From Erythrobacter sp. (GTDB lineage: Bacteria > Pseudomonadota > Alphaproteobacteria > Sphingomonadales > Sphingomonadaceae): a DNA stretch of 64,000 nt. Where the stretch lies: positions 314-64,313 of the forward strand of contig NZ_JAMNXL010000001.1 in assembly GCF_023653175.1 (NCBI RefSeq), read 5' to 3'. The position numbers were made by a program, and so were the translations under genes. How positions within the stretch are numbered: position 1 is the stretch's first letter; every line of letters begins with the position of its first letter. The notes under the pieces are model-generated. The model made no database searches. It was not told the DNA's origin and worked only from the letters and a program-made list of their open reading frames with translations. Positions 7,475 through 16,894 of the stretch are shown one piece after another.

Positions 7475-8991
7475 CGCGGGCCCTCCGTCAGCACAGCCGC
7501 GGCGCTATCTGCGGGCGCGAGCACCTGCGCGGCGGCGGCATCGGCATAGGCGGTCGCGATCCCTGCGCCCGCCGACAGCACGGCAAGGCAAGCGAGCGCC
7601 AGCGCCGGGGCGACGAGATCGAGGCGGGTGTCGGGCGCGGGCGGGGCGTGGGAGCCCTCGGCCGTCTTCCAGAACACCGCGCTGCCCGCGCGCGCAAAGC
7701 CGATCACGCCGATGAAGGTCGTGCCGAGGATCACGCTCCACGCCCAGCCCCAGTTCGGCAGCGCCGCCACCGATTGCAGGATCAGGAGCTTGCCGATGAA
7801 GCCCGACAGCGGCGGCAGGCCGGTGGTGGCGATCGCGCCGGCCATGAACATCAGCGCTGCGACCCCGCGCCCAGCGAAGGCCGGGCCCGGGCTGGCGGCA
7901 TCGCCGAAGCTCCCGCGCCGCCGCGCGGCGATGTCGGCGACGAGGAACAGCGCGGCGCCCGCAAGGGTCGAATGGACGAGGTAGTAGAGGCCTGCGCCAA
8001 GGCTCGCCCCGCTCCAGCCGGCGACCGCGATCAGCAGCGTGCCGGTCGATCCGATCACGGCATAGGCGGCCTGTTCGGCAAGGCTGCGCGCGGTGAGCAC
8101 CCCTGCAAAGCCGACGCAGGCGCTCACCAGCGCGGCCGGAAGCAGCCACGGGGCCGGCGCCCAGGCGGCTGCTCCCGCGCCCTCGCCGAACACCTGCGGC
8201 ACCACCCGGATCAACGAATAGACGCCGACCTTGGTCATGATCGCGAACAGCGCCGCGACCGCAGGCGTGGCAGCGGCATAGGTGCGCGGCAGCCACAGGT
8301 GGAGCGGCACGACCGCCGCCTTCAGGGCAAAGACGCTCGCCAGCAGCAGCGCCGCGATCCGCAGCAACCCCTGATCCTCGGGCGCGATGTCGCGCACGCG
8401 CAGGCCCATATCCGCCATGTTGAGCGTGCCGGTCAGCGCATAGAGCATGCCCAGCGCGATCAGGAACAGCGCCGAGCCGACGAGGTTCACCACCACATAT
8501 TGCACGCCTGCCTTCAGCCGCGCAGGGCCCTGCCCGTGGAGCATCAGCCCGTAGGAGGCGATCAGCAGCACCTCGAAGAAGACGAACAGGTTGAAAAGGT
8601 CGCCGGTCAGGAAGGCGCCATTGAGGCCCATCAGCTGGAACTGGAACAGCGGGTGGAAGTGCCAGCCCTTGCGGTCGGCGCGGGTGACGACGGCGTGGGT
8701 GAGCACGATCAGCGCGAGCACCGCGGTCAGCACCAGCATCAGCGCCGCGAGCCGGTCGGCGACCAGCACGATCCCGAAAGGCGCGGGCCAGGCACCGAGC
8801 GCATAGGCGAGGATGGTGCCCCCACTCACCCGCTCCATCAGCAGCATTGCGACTGCAAGCTGGGCGAGACAGGCGAAAAAGGCGATGCCCACCGCCAGCG
8901 CCCGGCGGCGGCGCATCACCAGCAGCGCGAAGGGCGCGGCAAGCGCGGGGATCGCAACCGGCAGGATCGGGAGATGATCGGCGAGGCTCAC
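7471..8991 (-). CDS. mrpD: Na+(K+)/H+ antiporter subunit D (NuoN/NuoM-like)
   Basis: ORF 7471..9426 trimmed to GTG 8991 (VSLADHLPILPVAIPAL...), overlapping the mrpC stop (GTGA). 506 aa polytopic proton-pump-like protein. Confidence 0.88.
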   Translation of the reverse strand: MSLADHLPILPVAIPALAAPFALLVMRRRRALAVGIAFFACLAQLAVAMLLMERVSGGTILAYALGAWPAPFGIVLVADRLAALMLVLTAVLALIVLTHAVVTRADRKGWHFHPLFQFQLMGLNGAFLTGDLFNLFVFFEVLLIASYGLMLHGQGPARLKAGVQYVVVNLVGSALFLIALGMLYALTGTLNMADMGLRVRDIAPEDQGLLRIAALLLASVFALKAAVVPLHLWLPRTYAAATPAVAALFAIMTKVGVYSLIRVVPQVFGEGAGAAAWAPAPWLLPAALVSACVGFAGVLTARSLAEQAAYAVIGSTGTLLIAVAGWSGASLGAGLYYLVHSTLAGAALFLVADIAARRRGSFGDAASPGPAFAGRGVAALMFMAGAIATTGLPPLSGFIGKLLILQSVAALPNWGWAWSVILGTTFIGVIGFARAGSAVFWKTAEGSHAPPAPDTRLDLVAPALALACLAVLSAGAGIATAYADAAAAQVLAPADSAAAVLTEGPR

Positions 8992-9380
8992 GGCTCGGTG
9001 CCCTCCCCATCCGCCAGCCCGTCCGCCAGCCCGTCTTGGGCATCGCAGGGCACCCGGTCGCCATCGACATGGTCGCTGCCGGTCTCGAGGAAGCTTCTCA
9101 ATGCAAGGATCACCACGAAGGCGGTCATGCCGAAGGTGATGACGATCGCGGTCAGCACCAGCGCCTGCGGCAGGGGGTCGGTGTATTCGCTGACGGCCTT
9201 GTCCCAGATCGGCGGGCGGTTCAGCACCAGCCGGCCGCTGGCGAACAGGAACAGGTTCACTGCATAGGAGATCAGCGTCAGCCCCAGCACCACCTGAAAG
9301 GTGCGCGCCCGCAGCGCCAGGAAGATCCCGCCTGCGACCAGCACGCCGATGGCGCTGGCGACGAGGAACTCGTAGCTCAT
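8988..9380 (-). CDS. mrpC: Na+(K+)/H+ antiporter subunit C (NuoK-like)
   Basis: ORF 8988..9866 trimmed to Met 9380 (MSYEFLVASAIGVLVAGGIFLAL...). 130 aa. 4-nt overlap with the mrpA/B stop. Confidence 0.88.
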   Translation of the reverse strand: MSYEFLVASAIGVLVAGGIFLALRARTFQVVLGLTLISYAVNLFLFASGRLVLNRPPIWDKAVSEYTDPLPQALVLTAIVITFGMTAFVVILALRSFLETGSDHVDGDRVPCDAQDGLADGLADGEGTEP

Positions 9381-12211
9381 GGCGCGCCCTCCGCTTCCTC
9401 GGCGGCGCGGGCGGCGCGGGTGGCAACGTGGCTCAGCTGCGCCAGCGCCAGCATTACCGCGCCGAGCACGGTCAGGAACACGCCGGTGTCGAACAGCATC
9501 GCGCTCGCCAGCTCGAACTTGCCGATCAGCGGCAGGCTGAAATAGTCGAACCAGCTGGTGAGGAACGGCGAGCCGAGCGCCATCGCGCCGAGCCCTGTTG
9601 CCATCGCCACCAGCACGCCCCAGCCGATGAGGTTGTGCTCGCCGAAGGGCTTCCTCGCATCCGACCAGTCGAAGCCGGCGGCGAGATATTGGACAAGGAA
9701 GGCAATCGCGACCACCAGCGCGGCAATGAAGCCACCGCCCGGCTGGTTGTGGCCGCGCAGGAACAGGTAGATTCCCACCGCCAGTGTCAGCGGCAGGATG
9801 ATCCGGCTGGCGGCGACCAGCATCATCGGATGGCGCTCGGGCGAGTGCGGCATGTCCGCGCGCCACGCCCTCAGCCGCGCGCCTGATGCGCCTGTTCCTG
9901 CGGTTTCGAGCAGCGCGAAGATTCCCAGCCCCGCGATCCCAAGCACGATGATCTCGCCCAGCGTATCGTAAGCGCGGAAATCGACGAGGATGACGTTGAC
10001 GACATTGGTCCCCCCGCCCCCCGGCTTGGCATTGGCCAAGTGGAAGGCGGCGATGCTCGGCCCCGGATCACGGGTCAGCATTGCCCAGGCGATCCCGCCC
10101 ACCAGCACACCCCCGACGATCGCGATGGCGGCATCGCGGGTCTTGCGCATGCGGCTGGAAATCACGGGGGGCTTCTTGGGCAGCAGGTTCAGCGCCAGCA
10201 GCATCAGCAGCACCGTCACCGCCTCGACCGAAATCTGCGTCAGCGCGAGATCGGGGGCGGAGAGCACCGCGAAGGCGAGGCTTACGACAAGTCCGATGAC
10301 GCTGACATAGACCAGCGCGCGCAGGCGGTTGTGCGATTCGAGCACGACCGCGAGGGTGGCCGCGATCAGCAGCGCCCAGGCGGCGACGGCGGGAAGGTTC
10401 GCCGGGAGGCCGGGGCGCGTGCCGGTCAGCACCCCGCCGCCGGTTAGCGCACCGTCGATCACCAGCAGGATCATAATCGCGAAGCTCGCCAGCAGCATGC
10501 GCTGGAGCGAGGGGGTATGGGTCGCGACCAGCGCCTTCCTCACCCGCGCGTCGGCAAGGCGGAGCGTGATTTCGAACATGCGCTTGGCATCGGGCAGCGA
10601 GGCGCGCTCCCACAGGGAAAGCAGGCCCGCGTGCCGCGACAGCAGCACCGCCCCGCCCGCGACCGCGAGCATGCTGAGGATCAGCGCAAGGTTGACCCCG
10701 TGCCACAGGCCCAGCTCCACTTCCGGCGGCGCGCTGCCAGTGACCGCGCCTGTGACCGCGCTGACCAGCGGCGCGGCGAGCAGCATCGGGACAAGGCCGA
10801 GCAGCACAGCGAGCGTGGTCAGCAGCGCAGGGGCGGCCCACATGGCGGGCGACGGGTCGTGGGCGCGGGCGAAAGGCCCGGCCTCGCGCGGGCGTCCGGC
10901 AAACAAATGCGCGGCAAAGCGCAGCGAATAGGCGACCGAGAATGTCGCGCCCAGCGTCGCCAGCACTGGCAGCAGCCACGGCAGGCCGGCCAGCGCCAGC
11001 TTGGGGGTCTGGTAGAGCATCAGCTCCTTGGAGATGAACCCGCCAAACGGCGGCAGCCCCGCCATCGACGCGGCGGCGAGGGTCGCGATCCCGGCAGTGA
11101 CCGGCATCGCCTTGGCGAGCCCGCCCAAGCGGCGGATGTCGCGCGTGCCGGTTTCGTGCTCGACGATGCCCGCGCTCATGAACAGCGCGGCCTTGAAGGC
11201 TGCGTGGTTGAGGATGTGCAGCACCGCCGCCAGCGCCGCGGCCTCGAGGCTGAAGCCCAGCAGCATCACCAGCATGCCCAGTTGCGAGATGGTGGAGTAG
11301 GCAAGGATGCTCTTCAGATCATGCCGGAACAGCGCGACGGTCGCGCCGAGCAGCATGGTGACGAGTCCGACTGTGGTGACCGTCACCGTGTAAAGCTCGG
11401 TCCCCGCCAGCACCGGCCAGAGCCGCGCGAGCAGGAACACGCCCGCCTTCACCATCGTCGCCGAGTGGAGATAGACGCTCACCGGCGTGGGCGCGGCCAT
11501 CGCGTGGGGGAGCCAGAAGTGGAACGGGAACTGCGCCGACTTGGTGAAACAGCCCAGCAGGATCAACCCCAGCATCAGCGGATAGAGCGGCGAGGCGCGC
11601 ACCATGTCGCCCCGCGCGAGGATCGCCTGCAAGTCGAAGCTCCCGGCAATCAGGCCGAGCAGCACCATCCCGCCGATCAGCGCGAGGCCCCCGCCCCCCG
11701 TCACCGCCAACGCCATGCGCGCGCCCTGCCGGGCCTCGGCCTTGTGCTGCCAGAAGCCGATCAGCAGGAAGGAGGCGAGGCTGGTCAGCTCCCAGAACAC
11801 CAGCAGCAGCAGCACATTGCCCGCGATCACGATGCCGAGCATCGCGCCCTGGAACAGCATCAGGCTGGCAAAGAAGCGCCCGGTGTCCTCGTTCTCGTAG
11901 AGGTAGCTGTGCGCGAAGATCACCACCAACAGGCCGATGCCGAGGATCAGCAGGCCGAACATCCAGCCCAGGGGATCGACCATCAGCGTGAGATCGAGGC
12001 CGAGCGACGGCACCCAATCCCACCGCACGAAGGGCACGTCTCCGCCGAGCGCGGGCGCAGCGAGGCTCGCCAGCAGCGCGAGGCCTGCCGCGCTCGCTCC
12101 GCCCGCGATCCCCGAATGCACCGCGCGCGGCGCGCCGTGCAGCTGCGCGATGGCGAGCGCCGCAGCAAAGGGCAGCAAGGCCAGCGTCAGAAGCGTCATG
12201 GCGATAGCCAT
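9377..12211 (-). CDS. mrpA: Fused Na+(K+)/H+ antiporter subunit A/B (PhaAB-type, NuoL-like)
   Basis: About 944 aa polytopic protein. Start taken at MAIAMTLLTLALLPF (12211). An alternative upstream Met at 12262 gives a non-membrane leader. Fused A+B is typical of alphaproteobacterial pha operons. Confidence 0.9.
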   Translation of the reverse strand: MAIAMTLLTLALLPFAAALAIAQLHGAPRAVHSGIAGGASAAGLALLASLAAPALGGDVPFVRWDWVPSLGLDLTLMVDPLGWMFGLLILGIGLLVVIFAHSYLYENEDTGRFFASLMLFQGAMLGIVIAGNVLLLLVFWELTSLASFLLIGFWQHKAEARQGARMALAVTGGGGLALIGGMVLLGLIAGSFDLQAILARGDMVRASPLYPLMLGLILLGCFTKSAQFPFHFWLPHAMAAPTPVSVYLHSATMVKAGVFLLARLWPVLAGTELYTVTVTTVGLVTMLLGATVALFRHDLKSILAYSTISQLGMLVMLLGFSLEAAALAAVLHILNHAAFKAALFMSAGIVEHETGTRDIRRLGGLAKAMPVTAGIATLAAASMAGLPPFGGFISKELMLYQTPKLALAGLPWLLPVLATLGATFSVAYSLRFAAHLFAGRPREAGPFARAHDPSPAMWAAPALLTTLAVLLGLVPMLLAAPLVSAVTGAVTGSAPPEVELGLWHGVNLALILSMLAVAGGAVLLSRHAGLLSLWERASLPDAKRMFEITLRLADARVRKALVATHTPSLQRMLLASFAIMILLVIDGALTGGGVLTGTRPGLPANLPAVAAWALLIAATLAVVLESHNRLRALVYVSVIGLVVSLAFAVLSAPDLALTQISVEAVTVLLMLLALNLLPKKPPVISSRMRKTRDAAIAIVGGVLVGGIAWAMLTRDPGPSIAAFHLANAKPGGGGTNVVNVILVDFRAYDTLGEIIVLGIAGLGIFALLETAGTGASGARLRAWRADMPHSPERHPMMLVAASRIILPLTLAVGIYLFLRGHNQPGGGFIAALVVAIAFLVQYLAAGFDWSDARKPFGEHNLIGWGVLVAMATGLGAMALGSPFLTSWFDYFSLPLIGKFELASAMLFDTGVFLTVLGAVMLALAQLSHVATRAARAAEEAEGAP

Positions 12212-12345
12212 AGGCGGCGTCTCGGATCCTTGCGCGCAACGGGGTTCAGGGCACAGGCGCACGCGGCGGCGCCTGCCTTAGGGCATAGCCGAGGGGTCTT
12301 TGACAACACAACCAAAACCGGACCCCTGTGGCCCGGGGGGTAAGG

Positions 12346-12897
12346 TCAATCCCCCTCGAACTCCATCAGCGAGGAAACGGTGATGCCCGCCTGACGCAGC
12401 CGCTCGGCCCCGCCGAGGTCGGGCAGATCGATCACGAACAGCGCGTGGCTCACCACCGCGCCGGCCTTGCGCAGCAGCTCGGCCGAGGCGAGCGCCGTGC
12501 CGCCGGTGGCGATCAGGTCGTCTACGATCACCACCTGCTGCCCGGGCAGGACCGCGCCCGGGTCCATCTCGAGCCGGTCGGTGCCGTATTCGAGCGCATA
12601 GTCGATGCCGATGGTGTCGATCGGCAGCTTGCCGGGCTTCCTCACCGGCACGAAGCCGAGGCCGAGTTGCACCGCCACCGCCGCGCCGAAGATGAAGCCG
12701 CGCGCCTCCATCCCCGCGACCTTCTGCGCCCCCGCAGCGCCAGCGGCCGCCGCGAGGTGGTGGACGCTCGCCGCCATGCCCTGATGGTGGCCGATCAGCG
12801 TGGTGATGTCGCGGAACTGGATGCCGGGTTGCGGAAAGTCCGGCACGGTGCGCACCAGCGCCTTCAATTCCGCGGGAGAGAGATGCGGCGTCGTCAT
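12346..12897 (-). CDS. apt: Adenine phosphoribosyltransferase
   Basis: 183 aa from MTTPHLSPAELKALVRTVPDFPQPGIQFRDIT. PRPP-binding motif VVIVDDLIATGGTALA. Confidence 0.93.
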   Translation of the reverse strand: MTTPHLSPAELKALVRTVPDFPQPGIQFRDITTLIGHHQGMAASVHHLAAAAGAAGAQKVAGMEARGFIFGAAVAVQLGLGFVPVRKPGKLPIDTIGIDYALEYGTDRLEMDPGAVLPGQQVVIVDDLIATGGTALASAELLRKAGAVVSHALFVIDLPDLGGAERLRQAGITVSSLMEFEGD

Positions 12898-12932
12898 ATC
12901 AGCAAGGCCCCTTTCGGCCCCCTCAAAGCAGA

Positions 12933-12965
12933 GCGCCCCGCCATCCGCAAGGGATGACGGGGCGC
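12933..12965 (-). terminator. Candidate intrinsic terminator after petC
   Basis: 14-bp stem with 13 of 14 pairs (GCGCCCCGCCATCC / GGATGACGGGGCGC) and a 5-nt loop. On the minus strand it is followed by TCTGCTTTG. Lies between the petC stop and the apt start. Confidence 0.45.
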
Positions 12966-12992
12966 CGCATGCTTTGCGCCTGAATGTAAGGC

Positions 12993-13847
12993 TTACTTCT
13001 TCTTCGGCTTCAAGCCGGCCCAGATCTGCTTGTAGCTGAGGAAGGCCAGCGTGGTCGCGAACAGCAGGAAGCCCAGCACGAACCACCCGGTCTGGCGCCG
13101 TTCGACGAGCGTGGGCTCGGCGGTCCAGGTCAGGAAGGCGGCGACGTCCTTCGACATCTGCGCCGTGGTGGCCTTGGTGCCGTCGGCATAGGTGACCTGA
13201 TCATCGCTCAGCGGCGGGGGCATGGCGATGTTCACGTTGGGGAAGTGCTTGTTGAAGTAGAGGCCGTCGGGCGTTTCGAAGCCGACCTTGGCGGCCTTGG
13301 CGGGGTCAGCCTCGCCGTAACCCATCAGTAGGTCGTAGATGTAGTTCGACCCGTCATGACGCGCCTTGGCCATCAGCGAGAGATCCGGCGGGATCGCGTT
13401 GTTGTTCGCGGCCGCGGCGGCGATCGCGTTGGGGAAGGGCGAGGGGAAGTAGTCGGTCGGCTCGCCCGGACGCGTGGTCGCCTCGCCGGTTGCAGGATCG
13501 ATGCCCGGAACCGTCCAGCTTGCAGCCTCGGCGTCGATCTCGGCTTCGGTGTAGCCCAGCTGCGCCAGGTCGCGGAAGGCGACGAACTTGAGGCTGTGGC
13601 ACGCCTTGCAGACTTCCTTGTAGACCTGGTAGCCGCGCTGCAGCTCGGCCACGTCCCACTTGCCGAAGGCGCCGTCGAAGGCGAAGCCGCCCTCGGGGCC
13701 GTGGCCGTGCTCGTAGAAGGCGTAGGACGGCTGCTTTTCCGGCGCCGGGCCGAAGGCGTAATTGTAGACACCGGGCAGGAGCGACCAGAGCACCAGCACT
13801 GCGGTGATGGCGAGGCCGACGATGATGCCTCCGAGACGAATAGTCAT
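12993..13847 (-). CDS. petC: Cytochrome c1 of the bc1 complex
   Basis: Heme motif CKACHS. C-terminal TM anchor (WFVLGFLLFATTLAFLSY). Start set at MTIRLGGIIVGLAIT (13847). The in-frame Met at 13901 is an alternative. Confidence 0.9.
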   Translation of the reverse strand: MTIRLGGIIVGLAITAVLVLWSLLPGVYNYAFGPAPEKQPSYAFYEHGHGPEGGFAFDGAFGKWDVAELQRGYQVYKEVCKACHSLKFVAFRDLAQLGYTEAEIDAEAASWTVPGIDPATGEATTRPGEPTDYFPSPFPNAIAAAAANNNAIPPDLSLMAKARHDGSNYIYDLLMGYGEADPAKAAKVGFETPDGLYFNKHFPNVNIAMPPPLSDDQVTYADGTKATTAQMSKDVAAFLTWTAEPTLVERRQTGWFVLGFLLFATTLAFLSYKQIWAGLKPKKK

Positions 13848-13901
13848 GACCGAGCTCTTTCTCGTTATCGGTTCAGATTGCGTGAGCGCCGTGCCGGCCA
13901 A

Positions 13902-15278
13902 TTACTCGGCCGGTTGCAGCGAGCCGTCGGTGGCGGTGCCGGGCAGGCCCTCGACAACGCTCCCAGGATCGATCGTGCCGCCGCCCGAGGTGCTGCCGGG
14001 CTTTGTCCCGCCGAGCACGGCTTCGGTGATGGAGAACGGCAGCGGCTTGGGCACTTCGATCTGGCTGATGATCGGCAGGATCACCAGGAAGTGAAGGAAG
14101 TAGTAAGCCGTGGCGATCTGGCTGAGGACCACGAAGGGCTCCTCGGCCGGGGCGCCGCCGCAGTAGAACAGCACCGCCATGGCCGGGATCAGGCCGAACC
14201 AGAAGAACTTGCGGAACAGCGGACGGTAGTGGCCCGAGCGCACCGGGCTCTTGTCGAGCCAGGGCAGGACGAACCACAGCAGGATCGAACCGAACATCGC
14301 GATCACGCCGAGCAGCTTCGCCGGGATCAGGGTGATGCCGGTGAAGGGGATGGTGAGATCGCCGGTGAAGGCGCGCAGGATCGCGTAGAACGGCCAGAAG
14401 TACCATTCGGGAACGATGTGTGCGGGCGTCGAGAGCGGGTTCGCCTCGATATAGTTGTCGGGGTGACCCAGCGCGTTGGGCAAGAAGAAGACCATCGCGG
14501 TGAACAGGATCAGGAACACGCCGAGGCCGAAGCCGTCCTTCGAGGTGTAGTAGGGGTGGAACGGCACGGTGTCCGATTCCTGCTTCACTTCCACGCCGGT
14601 CGGGTTCGACGAGCCCGGAATGTGCAGCGCCCAGATGTGCAGGATGACGACACCCGCGATCACGAAGGGCAGCAGGAAGTGCAGCGAGAAGAAGCGGTTC
14701 AGTGCGGCGTTGTCAGGGGCGAAGCCGCCGAGCAGCCAGATCTGCAGCGGCTCGCCCACCAGCGGGATCGCGCTGAACAGGCCGGTGATGACCTGCGCGC
14801 CCCAGAAGCTCATCTGGCCCCACGGCAGCACGTAGCCCATGAAGGCGGTCGCCATCATCAGCAGGAAGATCACCACGCCCAGCAGCCAGATCATCTCGCG
14901 CGGGGCCTTGTAGGACGAATAGAACAACCCGCGGAAGATGTGCAGGTAGATCACGATGAAGAAGAAGCTCGCCCCGTTGGCGTGGGCGTAGCGCAGCATC
15001 CAGCCGTAGTTCACGTCGCGCATGATGTGCTCGACCGTGGCGAAGGCGACGAGGCCGTTGGCCGCGTAATGCATCGCCAATACGACGCCGGTGACGATCT
15101 GCAGCATCAGGCAGAAGCCGGCGAGCACGCCGAAATTCCACATGTAGTTGAGGTTGCGCGGCACCGGATAACCGGCCCCGACCGCGTTGTAGACGAGGCG
15201 CGGCAGCGGCAGCTTCTCGTCAAGCCACTTGGTGAAAGCGGACTGCGGTTCGTATTGCTTGGCCCAGGCGAAACTCAT
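13902..15278 (-). CDS. petB: Cytochrome b of the bc1 complex
   Basis: 458 aa. N-terminus [14 protein letters not shown]...NLNYMWNFG. His-containing helices typical of cytochrome b. Lies between petA and petC. Confidence 0.95.
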   Translation of the reverse strand: MSFAWAKQYEPQSAFTKWLDEKLPLPRLVYNAVGAGYPVPRNLNYMWNFGVLAGFCLMLQIVTGVVLAMHYAANGLVAFATVEHIMRDVNYGWMLRYAHANGASFFFIVIYLHIFRGLFYSSYKAPREMIWLLGVVIFLLMMATAFMGYVLPWGQMSFWGAQVITGLFSAIPLVGEPLQIWLLGGFAPDNAALNRFFSLHFLLPFVIAGVVILHIWALHIPGSSNPTGVEVKQESDTVPFHPYYTSKDGFGLGVFLILFTAMVFFLPNALGHPDNYIEANPLSTPAHIVPEWYFWPFYAILRAFTGDLTIPFTGITLIPAKLLGVIAMFGSILLWFVLPWLDKSPVRSGHYRPLFRKFFWFGLIPAMAVLFYCGGAPAEEPFVVLSQIATAYYFLHFLVILPIISQIEVPKPLPFSITEAVLGGTKPGSTSGGGTIDPGSVVEGLPGTATDGSLQPAE

Positions 15279-15343
15279 GGCGTTCTCTCGGCTTGATCGG
15301 GTGAAAGGTCAGGCGATTATTGTGTCGGGTCAGATACGCAAGA

Positions 15344-15910
15344 TCACCCGACCCGGATGACGGTGTCGGACGTGAACTCGTATTCGGGCACCTTGAGGTT
15401 GAGCGGCGCGGGGCCCTTGCGGATGCGGCCGGCGACATCGTAGTGCGAACCGTGGCAGGGGCAGAAATAGCCGCCGAATTCACCCTTGTTCTCGCCTTCG
15501 GCCGCGCCCAGCGGCACGCAGCCGAGGTGGGTGCACACGCCCATGGTCACCAGCACGTCCTCGTGCCCGGCCTTGGTGCGGTCGGCAAGCTTGGCGGGAT
15601 CGCGCATGTCGGCCCCGTCGTCCTTCTTGGCGGCGGCGATTTCCTCGGCCGTGAGCCGCTTGACGAACAGCGGCTGCTTGCGGAAGGTCGCCTTGATGCT
15701 CTGGCCCGGCTGGATCGCGCTGACATCGACCTCGGTGGTGCTCGCGGCGAGCACGTCGGCCGAGGGCGCCATCTGCGAGATCAGCGGGAACAGGACCGAA
15801 GCCCCGCCCACGCCCGCAGTGCCGAGCGCGGCGATGTGGATCCAGTCGCGGCGGCGCACGCCTTCATCGGCGGCGGAGACTTCGGTGGTAGCGGCCGTGT
15901 CAGTAGCCAT
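15344..15910 (-). CDS. petA: Ubiquinol-cytochrome c reductase Rieske iron-sulfur subunit
   Basis: Rieske boxes CTHLGCVP and CPCHGSHYD. N-terminal Tat-like RRRDWIHIAALGTAG. Confidence 0.95.
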   Translation of the reverse strand: MATDTAATTEVSAADEGVRRRDWIHIAALGTAGVGGASVLFPLISQMAPSADVLAASTTEVDVSAIQPGQSIKATFRKQPLFVKRLTAEEIAAAKKDDGADMRDPAKLADRTKAGHEDVLVTMGVCTHLGCVPLGAAEGENKGEFGGYFCPCHGSHYDVAGRIRKGPAPLNLKVPEYEFTSDTVIRVG

Positions 15911-16139
15911 TTCGTCTTACCCTGCTCGTTTTGCCGCGCCGGAATGAGCCTGCGCGGCGTGGTTTCGCATTGCGGGGCGCGAAAGCCCCTGAGCCTATCC
16001 GTCGATTGGTCCCTGCCTCAGCGCCGAGTGCCCCTTGCGGCGAACCCGGCCTGAAACTTGGGCGGGGCAATTAACGGCAATCCTGCGAGATTCCAACCGT
16101 GTTTTAGTCAAGCCGCGTTCGCGCTCGTGCAAGGTTGCC

Positions 16140-16889
16140 TCAGGGCAGCGCGATCATGCTGATCTGCCGACCATAATTCGCCTCGCCCGCTTGCGTGGAG
16201 CGTCTGTGTGAATGGTAACGCGCGACATGTGAGAATGTATCCCGGCCAATATCCGCAATTTTCCCGATATCCGCGTCGGCAAGCCGCGCGGTGATGAAAC
16301 CGGGCAGGTCGAAGTGCCAGCGCGCCGCGCGCTCGCGCTCGGGGGCTGGGGCGAAGAAACGCTCGGCGGAGGCCGGGAAGCGCTCGCGGAACGGGGCGTC
16401 GACCTCATAGCTGGCTTGCGCGATCGTCGGCCCGAGCACCGCGGCGATGTTGGCTCGGGTAGCCCCCAGCACCTCCATCGCGGCGATGGTGTTTTCGAGC
16501 ACGCCCTCGACTGCCCCGCGCCACCCCGCATGGGCCGCGCCGACGACGCCCGCTTGCCGGTCGGCAAAGAGGATCGGCCCGCAGTCGGCGGTGACGATCC
16601 CGAGCACGATCCCCGGCGTGGCGGTCACGACCGCATCGGCGACCGGGCGGCCCCCGGCGGAGTCATCCCAGGCCACGGTCACCGTCACGACATCGGGCGA
16701 ATGCACCTGATGCGGCGCGGCGAGGATGCCGCCCGGAAGGATCGCCTCGGCCGCGGCCTGCCGAAGCTTGCGCACCTCCTCGCCCTCGCCCGGCCCGCCG
16801 AAGCCGAACTGATGGGCGCCGCCCCTGCTGCCGAAGAAGCCGTGCGGCACGCCTTCGAGAATCGCGTCGCATTCGATCTGGAAGTCCAC
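16140..16889 (-). CDS. pgeF: Peptidoglycan editing factor PgeF / YfiH-family (laccase-domain) protein
   Basis: Conserved HQVHSPDVV, TADCGPILFAD and HAGWRG motifs. ORF 16140..17015 trimmed to GTG 16889, 6 nt after the pepN stop. Confidence 0.85.
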   Translation of the reverse strand: MDFQIECDAILEGVPHGFFGSRGGAHQFGFGGPGEGEEVRKLRQAAAEAILPGGILAAPHQVHSPDVVTVTVAWDDSAGGRPVADAVVTATPGIVLGIVTADCGPILFADRQAGVVGAAHAGWRGAVEGVLENTIAAMEVLGATRANIAAVLGPTIAQASYEVDAPFRERFPASAERFFAPAPERERAARWHFDLPGFITARLADADIGKIADIGRDTFSHVARYHSHRRSTQAGEANYGRQISMIALP

Positions 16890-16894
16890 GCGCC

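Noticed and set aside
9011-9034. Tandem 12-bp repeat CCGCCAGCCCGT x2
   Set aside because: It lies inside the mrpC coding sequence and simply encodes the DGLADGLAD repeat in the C-terminal tail. It is not a CRISPR or a regulatory repeat.
7648-12343. 539-aa and 608-aa plus-strand ORFs (7648..9267, 10517..12343), and the 521-aa minus alternative frame 7505..9070
   Set aside because: All overlap the mrp operon genes, whose products are clearly polytopic antiporter subunits. The alternatives are hydrophilic Arg/His/Gln-rich strings.
13356-15296. 646-aa plus-strand ORF
   Set aside because: It is antisense to petC and petB. The composition is a GC-frame artefact.
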